From assembly GCF_009914755.1 (NCBI RefSeq), contig NC_060937.1: a stretch of DNA of 64,000 nt, one strand, 5' to 3'. The notes below the pieces were generated by a model that saw only the letters and a program-made list of their open reading frames with translations, searched no databases and was not told the origin of the DNA. Source of the DNA: the human T2T-CHM13v2.0 reference genome, Homo sapiens. The translations under genes were made by a program, and so were the position numbers. Shown piece after piece: positions 1 through 15,440 of the stretch (within the stretch, counting starts at the first letter, position 1; every line of letters begins with the position of its first letter).

Positions 1-289
1 TTCCTCACATGCTCATGCAAGAATAAAAATATTCACGAGCAAAATTATTATATCTTATCTATTACCAAAAGGTATTTGATGTGGCTTAGTGGTAGGTGCA
101 GGACTGTATTTGCCAGTATTCTAGATTTATATCAATATTAAATGTATTGAAACTAAGAATGTGTTACTTTGAGGAGTAGAGTATTGCTGTTCACATTGAC
201 TGTTTGGTCTCACCATCGGTTACAACTTACAGGGTTGGTTTGTGTGGACTGCTTCTATTGACTGATGACTGCATCCCTGCCTGGAGAGG

Positions 290-525
290 TAGTGGGAGTG
301 CAGTGGTCCAGAGGCCTGGTCTGGAGTCATACCTCCTGGACTCTTCCTGGCTCTTCCACTCCCAGCCATGTGACGTTGGGCAAGTTTTTTAGCCTCCTGA
401 GAAATAGGAATAATAGCAAAATTTACTCACTGGCTTATTGTGAGAAGTAATTGAGATAATACCAATTAAAGACTTTGAAGAGTGTCTTACACATAGAAAG
501 CACTCAGTGAAAGTTAGCTACTTGT
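290..525 (+). mobile_element. MIR SINE fragment
   Basis: MIR-like core: tgtgacgttgggcaagttt..agcctc..aaataggaataatagc..ttgtgagaagtaattgagataat. Confidence 0.6.
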
Positions 526-703
526 GTTTATTTACTTGTATGCAGGGGTGGAATCATATATTTATCTGTATTGAATGTCATCCTGTTAGGTTTGGTCTCT
601 TTGCAAACTGTTAGGCTCTTTTTGTCACTCAGTTCTGCGTTTAAATTAGTACCCACCTCAGTCAGTAGTCATAGTAACTTGGTAAGTATCATAGCTCCTT
701 AGC

Positions 704-1506
704 TGTATTAGTCAGTAGGGCTGCCATAACAAAATACCACAGACTGGGTGACTTAAAGGACATTTATTTTTTCATAGTTGTGGAGGTTGAGAAGTCCAAG
801 ATCAGGGTGCTGGCCAGTGCAGTTCCTATTGAGGAGTCTCTTCCTGGTTTGTAGATAACTGCCTTCCTGCTGTGTCCTCACATGGCAGAGAGAGCTCTGG
901 TGTCTCTTCCTCTTGTAAAAACACTAGCCCTATTGGATGAGAACCTTACACGAACCCTATTGGATAAAAGCCTTACACTAGCCCTGTTGGATAAGAGCCC
1001 TACACTAGCCCTGTTGGATAAGAGCCCTACACTAGCCCTGTTGGATAAGAGCCCTACACTAACCCTGTTGGATAAGAGCCTTACACTAGCCCTGTTGGAT
1101 AAGAGCCCTACACTAACCCTATTGGATAAGAGCCTTACACTAGCCCTGTTGGATAAGAGCCCTACACTAGCCCTGTTGGATAAGAGCCCTACACTAGCCC
1201 TGTTGGATAAGAGCCCTACACTAGCCCTGTTGGATAAGAGCCCTACACTAGCCCTGTTGGATAAGAGCCCTACACTAGCCCTGTTGGATAAGAGCCTTAC
1301 ACTAGCCCTGTTGGAAAGGAGCCTTACACTAGCCCTGTTGGATAAGAGCTTTACACTAGCCCTGTTGGGTAAAAGCCATACTCTTAGGACTTCATGTAAC
1401 CTTTATTATCTTTTCATAGGCCCTATCTTCAAGTACAGGCACAGTAGGGGTTAGGGATTTAATGTATGAATTTGGGGGGCAGAGGGGACACAAACAGTCC
1501 ATAGCA
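704..1506 (-). mobile_element. MLT1A/B-type MaLR LTR carrying an internal minisatellite
   Basis: tgtattagtcag..gctgccataacaaaataccacagactgggtg end; reverse complement of the other end reads tgctatggactg..tgtgtcccc, typical of MLT1. Confidence 0.75.
921..1381. repeat. 27-bp minisatellite, about 17 copies (ACACTAGCCCTGTTGGATAAGAGCCYT)
   Basis: Directly visible tandem array; produces the TLALLDKSP-repeat ORF 882-1454. Confidence 0.97.
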
Positions 1507-1912
1507 CTAATATATTACTAGAAAATAACCTTCCAGAGTAGAGTTGCACACCCAGTTATGGATCCACCTAAATGGTCCTCATACTCAGTCCAGGTCTCTC
1601 CATCCTGTTCACCAAGATGAGTGAGACCTTTTCCAGTTCTCTTCTGAAGCTCAGCTCCAGTATCTGCATATTTCCCCTATGTATCAATATGATAATTTGT
1701 TACCAAAAAAAAAATCTCAATAATTCACTATGAGTTGGTTTTTATGAGCATATGCTACAGTCTGGTAATTTTTATTTGATATTTTGGGTTCTCAGAAACA
1801 GAATAGTTATTAGTTAGTTCCTAGCTGGGAATCAGAATCAATGATAATTAATGACACAATACCTTCAGTGTTTCCAAATCTAACAAACTTTGTCATTAAA
1901 TTCTCACATTAA

Positions 1913-2163
1913 GCTAGGTGTGGTAGCTCACACCTGTAATCCCAGCACTTTGGGAGGCTGAGGTGGGAGGATTGCTTGAGGCCAGGAGTTTGATACTAGC
2001 CCTGGCAACATAGTGAGACCTTATCTTTACAAAAAAAAAATTAAAAATTAGCTGGGTTTGATGGTGCCTGCCTGTAATCCCAGCTATGCGGGAAACTGAG
2101 GCAGGATGGTCACTGTGCCACCACAATCCAGCCTGGGTGACCAGTTGAGATACATCTCAAAAA
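1913..2163 (+). mobile_element. Alu (old, J-like)
   Basis: Alu left and right arm motifs. Confidence 0.85.
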
Positions 2164-2465
2164 CCTCATGATAGCTCATCAAGATAAGCATTATTTTTCT
2201 TTCAAGTTTACTTATCTGTCAGAGCAGCTCTGCATTTTCTTAACTTGTCTGTGTTTGGATAAATGTTTGAAATTGGATGAATATTTTTACGTGTCCTTTA
2301 TGATTTCTTTTTTGAGTCATTGGTTATTTAAGAATATGTTGACATTTAACTTCCACATATTTAAGAATTTCCCAAATTTTCTTCTTTTGTTGTTTTTTAA
2401 CTTAATTCCATTGTAGTTAGAGAACATACTTCGTGTGATTTTAGTCCTTTTAAATTTATTGAGGC

Positions 2466-2770
2466 TGGCCGGGCGCAGTGGCTCACACCTGTAATCCCAG
2501 CACTTTGGGAGGCCAGAGGGGTGTGGATCACTTGAGGTCAGGAGTTCAAGACCAGCCTGGCCAATATGGTGAAACCCCATCTCTACTAAAAATACAAAAA
2601 TTAGCCGGGTGTGGTGGCTCACGCCTGTAGTCCCAGCTACTCGGGAGGCTGAGGCAGGAGAAGCTCTTGAACCCAGAGGCAGAGGTTCCAATGAGCTGAG
2701 ATCGCACCACTGCACTCCAGCCTGGGCGACAGAGTGAGACTCCATCTCAAAAAAAAAAAAAAGAAAAAAA
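2466..2770 (+). mobile_element. AluS
   Basis: Full-length Alu with A tail; ttattgaggct target-site duplication. Confidence 0.95.
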
Positions 2771-3764
2771 TTATTGAGGCTTTTTTATGAGCCATTCTAT
2801 AGATTGTTCCAGATTATTTGAGAATTCTGCTCTTGTTGGGTGAAGTGTTCCATAGATACCTGTTACATCTGATTTTATAGTGTTGTTGAAGTCTTCTCTT
2901 TCCTCATTGATCTTCTACTTATTTATTCTCTGCATTATTGCAAGTGAGGTATTAAAGTCTCCAGATTTTATTGTTGAATTGTGTATTTCTCCCTCCAATT
3001 CCGGCACATTTCACTTCATATATTCTGAGTCTCTGTTGTTAGGTGTGTACATGTTTATAATTGTTGTATTTTCTTGATGGATTGAGCCTTTTATCATTAT
3101 AAAATATCACTAATTATCTCTAATAATACTTTTTTTTATAAAGTCTGTTTCATCTGATGTTACTGTAGGCACACCAGCTCTCTTTTGTTACTGTTTATAT
3201 GGTGTGGTTTTTTTCATTCTTTTAATTTCAACTTGTGTTTTGAATCTAAAGCATGTCTCTTGTTGACAACATACAGTTAGATCCATTTATGTTTAATTAC
3301 TAACAAGATAGGATTTATGTCTGGCGTTTTGTTCTTTATTGTCTATACATCACATCTTTTGTTCCTGTATTTCTTCTTTTGTGTTGAGTAAATATTTTAT
3401 AATGTCCCATTTTAATCCCCTTTTTTTATTATACTATATCTTTTGAGTTATTTTCTTAGGTTGGTTATCTTTAGGATTATAATTAGCACCTTAATTTAAA
3501 ACGACCTACTTTGAATTAATACCAATTTAATTTTAATAGTACGCCCAAACCTTACTCCGATATAGCTGTTTCCTCTTGCCTCCTTGTGCTGTTAGTGTCA
3601 TATAGAATACATCTTACACATTATAAGTCCATCAGCACAGATCTGTTATTATTATTTATTCTGTTGTCTTTTAAATCAGATAGAAGAGTTAAAAACAAGC
3701 ACATTTTATACTGTCTCATAATTACCAATGTAGCTATTTTTATCAGACTCTCATTTCTTCGTGT

Positions 3765-4128
3765 TGTAAACCAAAAATAAAATTTGAAGACCCTCCCCAA
3801 CCATCTAAATGGGCTTCCTCCTCTAGGCCAGGGCCGTCTAAATTTAACCTGAAAGACTGGTTCAGGCCATGATGGGAAGTGGGGGTCCAACACTCCTCTT
3901 TACGCCCTCCAGCATTAACATCAAATGGACCTTCAGTCTGATAAGAAGAAACACTTACCATCTATCCTCTCTGAAGCCTGCTACCTGGAGGCTTCATCTG
4001 CATGATAAAATTTGGTCTCTGCAACCTCTTATCATAACCCAGACATTGCTTACTATTGATAATAACTCTTTCAACCAATCAGAAAAATCTTAAATCTACC
4101 TGTTACCTGGAAGCCTGCACTTCGAGTT
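3765..4128 (+). mobile_element. MER4-group ERV1 LTR (truncated)
   Basis: tgtaaaccaaaaataaaatt..ccccaaccatctaaatgg..ttcaggccatgatgggaag. Confidence 0.7.
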
Positions 4129-4506
4129 CTTAGAGTTTGACTCTTCTGCAACAATGTGGATTTGAATTCCTATGTAGTATCCTTCTGTTTTAGCATAAAG
4201 GACTCCCTTTAGTATTTCTTACTGGGCAGATGTACTAATGACAGATTTTCTCAATTATACATTGTTATTATTTATGTAATTTTGTTTTTCAAAGAAGCTG
4301 TGAGGAAAGAAGGTGTATATACTTATATCATTTGTTATATTAACCCTGTTATTTACCATTTTCAGTTCTCTTTGTTCCTGTGGGTTCAAGTTAACATCCA
4401 GTGTTACTTTCCTACTGTAATACAGCTTTGCTGTCACCCGCTTCCTATTACACTGTTACTGGTAAACCTTACATTTCTGTATATGATAGGCCCAACAATA
4501 TAATTG

Positions 4507-4720
4507 CACATTGAGTATCCCTAATCTGAAAATCCAAAGTTCAAAATGTTCCAGAAGCCCAAACTTTTTGAGCACTGTCATGACACTCAAAAAGAATTGC
4601 TCACTGGAGTATTTTGGATTTTCAGAATAGGGATGCATAAATTCCAAAATTAAAAAAAAAAAACCTGAAATCCCAGACACTTCTGGTCTCAAGCATTTCT
4701 GATGAAGAATACTCAACCTG
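4507..4720. mobile_element. Tigger4a/MER46-type DNA transposon MITE
   Basis: Inverted termini ttgagtatccct ... gaatactcaacctg followed by TA. Confidence 0.75.
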
Positions 4721-4726
4721 TACATA

Positions 4727-4980
<254 letters not shown>

Positions 4981-6137
4981 GGGGGCTCTTTTAGGAGCTA
5001 CCAGACAGGTCAAATAGCAGCAGTTCCCTGTGGGGTGTTTGAGGAACTCTAAATTAATTCTGCTTTCTCCAATGGCTGCTAGGCTAATGGCTTTACAACG
5101 GCTGTTGTTATGAGACTGCTTGTTTTTAAGGTTAATGCAAAGCTAGGGAAAGGGAGATGGGAATAAGACAAGTTAAAGCAGCACAAAGTTGTTCTTACTG
5201 AGATTTAGCCATCTTTTCTTGAATATACACTCCTCAGATTGTTTTAAGAGCTTGGTTACCTTCCAAAGTTCTGAAAAAATTGGTTTTGATAATTTTTGCC
5301 AGTGTTGTTGTTGCTTCTATGGATGAATAGATTTTTGGAGTCCTTATGCTGCCATTTTGAAAGTACTTCTACCAGGTGTAAATATTTTTAAAGAATTTGT
5401 CATGACCTTCTGTAGAGGATATAATCTTAATTTGAGTTATGACTCTAGATTAGAACCAAAGCACACACCAAGCAATCAGTATTTATTGATGTTCTGAGAT
5501 CATCATCAAGGAAAGATTGTCTTATTACACTTGCTTTAATGCAATCACTGATCCCAATCGTGTGAACAGATGAAAATTCAATTAAAAAGTAGTTCTGACT
5601 CTGCCTAGAACTGTCTCAGAAGGTGGGAAAATTGAATCAATACACAGGGCATTATTCATAACTCTTCTGCATAGAACTGATTATAATGGGAATTCACAGA
5701 AGGGAGAGCATTTATGTTAGAAAAGTCAGAGGTAGCTTCATAAAGGGAAGTAGAAGTTGAACCCAATCTTGAAGGATAAATGGTGGTGAGTAAATAAGAG
5801 GAAGACCAGTGTCGGCTGGGGCATGACATTAGCATCAAGGAGGAAGACAGCACCACAGAGACCTGCCCTTTTGCTTTAGAGAGTTTTTGTTTTTTTACTG
5901 TGGAATAATAATGAAAATTAAAGGTAAATAAGTTGCAGATAGATTCTAGAAGTGGCAGCTGATTAGTCCAAAGCCCATTAGGCATTCATTAAATATTTGT
6001 AAATTAAGAGAAAAAAGTAAATGCTGTGTTTTGGCTACCTTTAAATTATTTTGCAGATAGGATTTGAAGTTGACAGATTAATTTCTGCTAAATCACAGTT
6101 TTTGGTGTTGAATATGTGAAATTTTCCAATTTTTTAG

Positions 6138-6290
6138 GTGTCATTTGCCTATGCTGTATATTGGATTAGAATATGGTTTGACCAATAACTCAAAACTAGC
6201 TGAAAGGTTCTTCAGCCAAGCTCTGAGCATTGCACCGGAAGACCCTTTTGTTATGCATGAGGTCGGCGTGGTTGCATTTCAGAATGGAGA
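6138..6290 (+). CDS. CDC16: CDC16/APC6 internal coding exon (CHLPMLYIGLEYGLTNNSKLAERFFSQALSIAPEDPFVMHEVGVVAFQNGE)
   Basis: ttttag|..|gtaagt, 153 nt; TPR sequence of APC/C subunit CDC16. Confidence 0.97.
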
Positions 6291-6829
6291 GTAAGTACTG
6301 GAAGACCAGAAACCCTTCTGTTAACTAGTGATTGTAAATACAGTAGGTGATCACTAGAGTTCACTGACAAAAGCGACTCTTCAGTAGATTTGTACTTTTA
6401 AATGTTCTATTTTAGGAGAAGGAGATAGAAAAAAAAGAGAGAAACTGTTATCTTGGATTTCCTTAAAAATTCTAAACCCAGGTTTTGGTCTTTTTTTGAT
6501 CTGAGCTACCACTTCTTTTCTTACATGATTGGACAGTTCAGATTACACATACCCCACAGTGTGGCTGGGGGCACTGTGGAATCCTTAGTTATCTCTGTGT
6601 TGATAAGGAGTTGAATTTACGTATTTGAGAAGAATTTGACATGGTTTTTGAAACAAAAGTGTTTTCTATTTAGTTACTAGTAAGTCAGAAAATTTAATTC
6701 CTGGTCAGTGTAGGCTTTACTGTACTCTAGAATATTTGTAGAATAAGTGATTTGGTGTTATACTCAAAGAGAAAAATGTATGTAATCCTTTGCATTTCAT
6801 GATATACAAATTTTAAAATGGTAAATTAG

Positions 6830-7145
<316 letters not shown>

Positions 7146-7268
7146 TAAATTAGTATTAATACTACTACAGTGTCATTTATGGCATGTATGTGTTCTAAAA
7201 AATGGGTTATCTAGGTATTTTTTAAAAGTTTGAAGCTTTAAAATAAATAGTAATCTTTTAATATAATA

Positions 7269-7875
7269 CAGTAATCATCAGTATTTGCGAATTTGCCTAC
7301 TCATTAAAATTTATTTGTAACCGCCAAATCAGTTCCTGAGGTGCTTTCTGAGCCATTGGCAGACATGCCCAGGGCTGGGAGAAAGCTGGGTCTCCTGGCA
7401 CACACACTTCCAGCTGGAGTCTAAGAAGGCAACGCTCTGCCTTTTTTCCCAGTTCAACTATAAACCAGTGTACTTCTTGTGGTCTATTTAGTGCCACAGT
7501 TTTCACATTTTTGTGCTTTTTGTTGATGATTTCACTGTTTTGAAATAATCCCCAAGCTTAGTGAAATGCTATCTAGTGTTAATTGTGATACACTTTTGTG
7601 TTACAGAGGAAACACATGTATTAGAGAAGCTTCATTCAAGCAGGCATCAGTATTTATAGTGCTGCTGGCCCTGACTTCAATATTGATGAATCAACAATAT
7701 GTATCAAATAAGACGTCTTTAAATAGAAACACACATAAAACAAGGTTACGCATTGATCAATTAGAGAAAATGTGACCAGAGAATTGCAGGAATCTAACTG
7801 TATTTCCCCTGGCAGCCGCGGTTCAATATTTGCTAACTCAGTGTACACAGTGACTTTATAGAACATAAATACTGT
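7269..7875 (+). mobile_element. MER82 (Tigger-family DNA transposon)
   Basis: gtatttgcgaatttgcctactcattaaaatttatttgtaacc..ggcaacgctctgcctt. Confidence 0.7.
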
Positions 7876-7877
7876 GG

Positions 7878-8268
<391 letters not shown>

Positions 8269-8394
8269 TTATAATTATTTCCAGCAGTTTACCCCATTGC
8301 ATTTTAGTACTACTAGAAAGGTAATCAAAAATTTTTTTAAAGTTTATATTTGCTAATTTCGAATAATCTGCAACCTTTTTTCCTTTCATTTTAG

Positions 8395-8458
8395 ATGGAA
8401 AACAGCCGAAAAATGGTTTCTTGATGCTTTGGAAAAAATTAAAGCAATTGGGAACGAG
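8395..8458 (+). CDS. CDC16: CDC16 coding exon (WKTAEKWFLDALEKIKAIGNE)
   Basis: ttttag|..gag|gtattc, 64 nt, phase-compatible with the previous exon. Confidence 0.97.
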
Positions 8459-9479
8459 GTATTCTTTGTAGTACCTGTAAATATACACATATACACCCCT
8501 GAGTGTTTACTGTTAAATGAGGAAAACAACACAGAAATCTCTTGCCTTCGAAGATAGTAACCTGATATTTTCATAACAAGCGGCTGTTAATGTTTGCATT
8601 GTCAGTTAACTGTTTTACCACATGGTAAGAAATGAGTTTTTTCCCTAAGAGGGCAAGTGTTGGCGTTTGCTTCTTAAATGGGCTCTAGCTTTGAAACGTG
8701 AGAGGCATCAGAATAGATTGGGTGATTATTTGAAGCTAGGAATAGTCATTGGGTCACGGAAACAATTGGGCACTGTAGCGTCAGATGTAATATTCCTCTA
8801 GAACTTCAGAGAGCTTCTTTGACTGAAGGGTAAATAAAGTATAGCAGCAGGTCCCACTTCTGAAAGGATAGGGATGGGATAGGTATTACTGAAATTCACA
8901 CCTTTTGTTGCTGTTACTGCATACTGAGTGTGTATTTGGGCCTTTCCATTTTAAAATATTTGACTGCTTCTGTTGTATGAACGATCCCGTGAATTGGTGC
9001 TTATGAGTTAACCTAACAATTATCAAGGATGTGTATATACTGATATTACTTAAAAGTAGTAACAGTTTTAGATACCATAAACTTGCATAGTAAGAGATTT
9101 GCATGATGCTCTTCTGTTTCATTCGTGCCTGTTTTGTTTCATTCTATTCTGATTTTCACTTCTCAGCTTCCTGCTGTTACTGTTTGTGCACACCTGCCCA
9201 CAGTTTTCTTCTCCCTTGGCTGTTAGCTCTCTCTGCTGTTACAGACACAGCTTTGCCTCCCTGCCAAGCGATCTGCCTGTCCCCATAGACACAGCTTTGT
9301 TTACTTTGGTCTCTCATGTCATCTGAACTTATAAACACTATTTCTGTGTTTGCACATGCGTGTATATAAAGCAGGTGCCTCTGTCGCATAGTCTTGGGTA
9401 GTTCTGGATAATCCAAGTGTTTTGTTAATAGGGGATTGCCACTTGCCACCTTGTCAGTTTTCTAAGAAGTGACTGCCTT

Positions 9480-9625
9480 ATGCCCCAGACGGGCTCAGCA
9501 GCATCAGCATCACCTAGAAGCCTGCTAGAAGTGCAGAATCTCAGACCAACTGAATCAAAATCTGCAGTTTTAGCGTGATGCCCAGGGGATTATCACGCAC
9601 AGAAAAGTTTTGAGAAGCACTTTCC
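9480..9625. mobile_element. MER5A (hAT-Charlie)
   Basis: cagcagcatcagcatcacct..gcagaatctcagacc..tgaatcaaaatctgca..ttgagaagcact. Confidence 0.75.
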
Positions 9626-9919
9626 TAAACCATACTTAAGTTGAGCCTGTATTCTTTGATGATTAAGGGGCACTAAATTTAGAGTCTTACAGAAACTTAA
9701 TGGTTTTAAGTATGAAAGCACAACACTATTGAAATGTCAAAATGCTCATTAAAAAGTTATACGAAGAGGGGGAAAATATTGACTTTATTAGAAACTGCAG
9801 CAAATGTCAAAGAGAAACAGTCATGCCTAAGAGTCATTAAATGATTTGTTTTTCATTCACATGGGCTGTGCCTCCTAGAACTGGTCTCAATAGAGTTAGA
9901 GAATCTGTGGCTCAGGTCT

Positions 9920-10790
9920 GTTCATTCATTTAGTTGACATATATTTAATGAGTGTCAGCCATGCCATAGGCTCTGAGCTAGGCCTTGGGATGCAAAGGGG
10001 AATGAGTTTACTATTTCCTGACCTCAGATCAACTGGCGAATGTAAGTACGTAAATTGACAGTGAAAATACGGTGCAATTGAGGAACTAAAGGTGCCCACA
10101 GAGAAAGGCAGTTCACCCAGAAATGAGCCTTTTGCATACACCTCAGTCCTGAAAGTCATCAGACATCAGCTAGGCAAAAATTAGGGCAAGGGTATTCCAG
10201 TGTTTGCAAAAATTGGAGCTAATTCATTATGGCTTGGATTTTGAGTTCACAGAGAATGTCAAGGAGTGGGTCAGGAGGGTTAAGTGTGGATCACTAAAGG
10301 CCCAGAATGAAAGAGTTTGTGCCTTATCCTGAGGAGAATGGGAAAACAAAAGGGATTTAAGAAGGAAACAACCCGGTCAGACTTTTATGATTGGGGCCCA
10401 GATTTGACTCTGTTAATGAGGAAGGTGAGGACTAAATAGGTTGGAGTTATGCCTAGCAATTAGAAGGAACCAGCCCTGGTGTGCCTCATGGAAGGGTCAG
10501 AGGGGGTGGGGGTGCCATTCACTGACTGGAGGGGCACTCAGAAGCAGTGAGGTCAGGGGCTGGGATGGCCAGGGAGAGATGGGTGTGGTGTGTGGTGCAC
10601 TAAACTTAAAGTGCTTGTAACATTTACAAGCAGAAGTATTTAGCAGGCAGATGGATAGAGAGGTCTGGTGTTTGAGGGAAAGCTCTGAGTTGCAGATACT
10701 CATTTGAACTCCAGCAGGGATAGGCTCTTGGATAAACTTGTCCTAATGATAACAGAGTCCTCAGGAAGTCTCCTAGTAGGAAAGAAAGGG
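9920..10790 (-). mobile_element. L2 LINE fragments
   Basis: ttcattcatttagttgacatatatttaatgagtg 3' end and purine-rich L2-like body. Confidence 0.6.
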
Positions 10791-10946
10791 AGATAGATAA
10801 AACAGCAGTTACCCTGGCCTTGTGGTGTGCTGGCGGCACACACTGGGAGAGAGCCCAGCTTGCAAGGCGTGAAATAATTCAGTGCAAACAAATCAGGCTG
10901 AACAGTGACATATATAACTCGTGGGCTTGATGTTGCTATGTTTTAG

Positions 10947-11008
10947 GTAACAGTTGACAAATGGGAACCTTTGTTGAACAACTTGGGGCATGTCTGCAGA
11001 AAACTTAA
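10947..11008 (+). CDS. CDC16: CDC16 coding exon (VTVDKWEPLLNNLGHVCRKLK)
   Basis: ttttag|..aa|gtaagt, 62 nt. Confidence 0.97.
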
Positions 11009-11938
11009 GTAAGTGAAGTAGAGCATTTTCAGAAATATACTTTGTGTCTCAAAGTTTACTTAATTTTGAATACTTTGTCATATTCTTATTTCATGAGATC
11101 AACCAGCTTTCTTGTACTTGGCTGCTCAGATAAAATCAGCATCAAATCAGTTTTTATTATTTATCTGTGTTGGTGTAATTTTATTTTAGAAACACATTGA
11201 GAATTTTACTTTTTTATATGAAAATTTAGTGTTCAAAATTAATTCAGAAGAATTAGGACAGTAGGATATAATTAAAATCCTATCCATAGTCTGTTTTCTG
11301 CTAGAGGTTTTGTGGTGTGATAAACAGGCGACAGTTGAAAAATCGGTTTTTTGGTTAAATATGTCTGGGCAATTTTAGGTTATTCAAGATTTAACAAGTA
11401 TTTCTATTGCAGGATTTCTTTGAGTCTTTACTATGTATTACGAACTTATAGCATTTTCCAAAGTTTAATTGAGCATAAAACATTTTTTTCACAAAAGACT
11501 TTACAAGTCAAGTATTCCAGAGAACTTTAAGGAGCACTTTTCTAAGTAAATCTTTTGGACCTTAAAGCGATACTCCTTGACTGCTTTTATCTACCCCTGA
11601 TATGGGACACTGACTGTCACCTAAGAGGGTGGTGTGTGGTAAGGGCACAGCCAGGAGGCATGGATTAGGTTCTGGTTGCAGTGTCCCACTGAACATCAAA
11701 AGGAATACAGCAGACATCCCTGCAGGAGTGCCCTTGGCCGGCGGAGGGAGTGGGCCTGGAAGATGCATTTAGAGGGCATATTGAGATGCATGAGAGTAGG
11801 TGTGGAGAACATTCACCAGTCTAGACTGCTGTTCTCATTGAGACAGCGTTTCTTGGGTGTTGATATGGATGGTTGCTCATCTTAGACTTAGGAATTTAGT
11901 GCTTTTACTGTAGCCAATAATTGTGTTCTCTCCCACAG

Positions 11939-12074
11939 AAAGTATGCTGAGGCCTTGGATTACCACCGTCAGGCACTGGTGTTGATTCCTCAGAACGCAT
12001 CCACCTACTCTGCTATTGGATATATCCACAGTCTGATGGGCAACTTTGAAAATGCTGTGGACTACTTCCACACA
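11939..12074 (+). CDS. CDC16: CDC16 coding exon (KYAEALDYHRQALVLIPQNASTYSAIGYIHSLMGNFENAVDYFHT)
   Basis: cccacag|..aca|gtatgt, 136 nt, TPR motif. Confidence 0.97.
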
Positions 12075-13327
12075 GTATGTCTTTTCTTTGTACCTAATTT
12101 TAAATCTGGTTAACATTGACCACTTCCTTTTTTGAAAATATTTTTTCTAGGTAATATTGACTTACTATTTTAATATTCTTTAGGCAACCTTACGTGTTAT
12201 TCTTTTCTTTGCAGAGAAAAGCATGTGGGTGTTGTACAGTATTCATCAAATTAGAAACAAACATGAATCCTGTCCTTAGTGTTTGCAGTGAGGTGCGCAG
12301 GTGCCCAGTGGCACTCACCAGTGATCTGAGTGCTGAGCACGGGGTTATCTGTCCACAGTAGCCCCTTTGGGAACTCGCAGTCTTTCTGTTCATGACTGTC
12401 CCCTTAGATCACATTAGTAGATGAACAAAACAGTCTCTGCAGTCATCACAAGGAAAGAACCTTTCATTAATCCATGTACCATATTCCATCAAATTTAAGA
12501 CACCATGAGTAAGCAGGATGACCACAAAGAAAAAAGTGCTGCCAATTAAACTTTAACATAATTTTTTCCCGGCACTTAATTTTTTTGTACTTAGAGAAAA
12601 TATTCTTGAACATATTTAGGCAGATTTGTATTACTCTAGTACATACATAGAAATGTACATATAAGTGAAATAAATGGTTACAATATTCAGCCCAGAGGGC
12701 CAGTATCTGTGTTTTCTCAAAATAGTGCCCTGGTGCTAGCACACACGCCCAGTTCCTGACTCTGGGTTTCCTCCCAGCCACAGACACCTGCTTTCCAACT
12801 CTCTCTCTCTCTCGTCCCTCTCAGTCTGCTAAAGTGTCAACAGAAGGTTTTTAGAAAACCACAATTCCCGCATCTGTTTAAGTGTTCCTCGCATGGTTTG
12901 TGATCTAGTCTGTGCTGCCAACATAACCACCAAGTTCACGCTTCTCAGGCAGGTTACCCATATCACAGTGGTGGCTGGTGGATGGCAATAATAGGAAACC
13001 ACAGGTAAAAGGGAAGCAATGTTTGAATTTGAGAAAATGTGGGTCTTAGAATCAGTGAACTAATGGTATTTGGAGAAAGAGATAAAATATGAGAAAATTT
13101 ATCAAAGATAAACTCATGAGCGCTTCGTAACTGATTTTCAAGAGTTCATTAGAGATTTTGAGGTTAGATGAAGTCATGAAGGTACCATGATGGTCACCAG
13201 AACACTGAGTTTGTCAGAAGTTTGGACTAAGCACATTTTCTAGTCCTGTATGATCTTTTAAATATGTATATTTGAGTATTGTATAATTTACCTTTCTTCT
13301 GAGATCTGATTAATACAGAAGGCTCAG

Positions 13328-13966
<639 letters not shown>

Positions 13967-14209
13967 CGAGATAGAACTTTTTAAAAAATCTTTTTTGGGG
14001 TAGATTTCCAGCATAAGAAAATAGAATAGTGTGATGAACCTCCATGACCCATAACCAACTTCAACAATCTTTGGTTCATGGCCAGTCATGTAGCTATGTC
14101 TGGCCACTTCCCCCACCCTGGATGCCCTGGAATATTTTGAAATGAATCAGTGTGGTAAGAGAAGGAAATATGTTTTCTTTTAATAACCATGCTGAATCTT
14201 TTATGGCAG

Positions 14210-14300
14210 GCCCTTGGTCTTAGGCGAGATGATACATTTTCTGTTACAATGCTTGGTCATTGCATCGAAATGTACATTGGTGATTCTGAAGCTTATATTG
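14210..14300 (+). CDS. CDC16: CDC16 penultimate coding exon (ALGLRRDDTFSVTMLGHCIEMYIGDSEAYIG)
   Basis: ggcag|..g|gtaaga, 91 nt. Confidence 0.97.
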
Positions 14301-14878
14301 GTAAGATAATCGTTATTCTTATTGGTATTGTACTCCATTTTTTAGGTTGTCATATGTCTCTGTTTATGTTTCTCATATTCTCGTCTGAGGTTCCAAGTTC
14401 ATCTTTCTAACCATTCGTGCTGCATTAAAAACAAGAAACTCCATTTATTTTATTAGAACAATGCTGTGGGGGAGTTAGTGACTCACCAAGGGTGCGTTCA
14501 GTTTAAAGCTGAATACTTGCTAAGTGCAAAATACCACTATAGAATATGTGTAAAGCACTTTGTTATAGAAGGACTCATCTGTTTCTATAATGGGAAAAGA
14601 AATCTTAGCAACATTTTTCTGATAAACAATTGAAGAGGCTCTGTCATTATTTTATAATGCAGGGTATAACAATATAAATCTTTACATTTCAATAGAATGT
14701 TGAGATGCCATACATTTCCATAACAGTGAATAAGTAATAGTATAAGTTTGGATGGAATTGCTGTACTTGGGCACTCGTTTAGTTATAAACATTATGTGAT
14801 AAGGAGGATGTGGTGAGGTTATTGAGATCTAGGATAGGAAAGTTGCAAGCTTGCTAACTCCCGTTCCTACTAAAGTAA

Positions 14879-15175
<297 letters not shown>

Positions 15176-15189
15176 CCCTACTAAAGTAA

Positions 15190-15440
15190 TTTCTGATGTA
15201 ATTTCCCCCAAAGTCAAAAAGATCAGGTAATGTGATACAAAACAGAGCAGAGCCTTAGATTTTGAGAGGGATCTGTCTGCTTATGTGTCTTGGGGTTCCC
15301 TGAGGAAAACAGAGGTTTCTCCTAAAACGGGGTCTGTGGCACCCTCTGGTTTTCCCAAGGAGCCCGAGGCTGTCAGAAATTACCTTGGGTCCTCTCATGT
15401 GGACATCCAGAGTGGCGAGAAGACAGACTGGGGAACTAAT
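15190..15440 (-). mobile_element. ERV1 (MER4-group) internal fragment
   Basis: aaaacagagcagagccttagattttgagagggatct..gaggaaaacagagg motif typical of MER4-group internals. Confidence 0.55.

Noticed and set aside
14189-14410. ORF extending the CDC16 penultimate exon into a hydrophobic, transmembrane-like tail
   Set aside because: The donor G|GTAAGA is strong, and T-rich intron sequence naturally translates as hydrophobic; nothing suggests retention.
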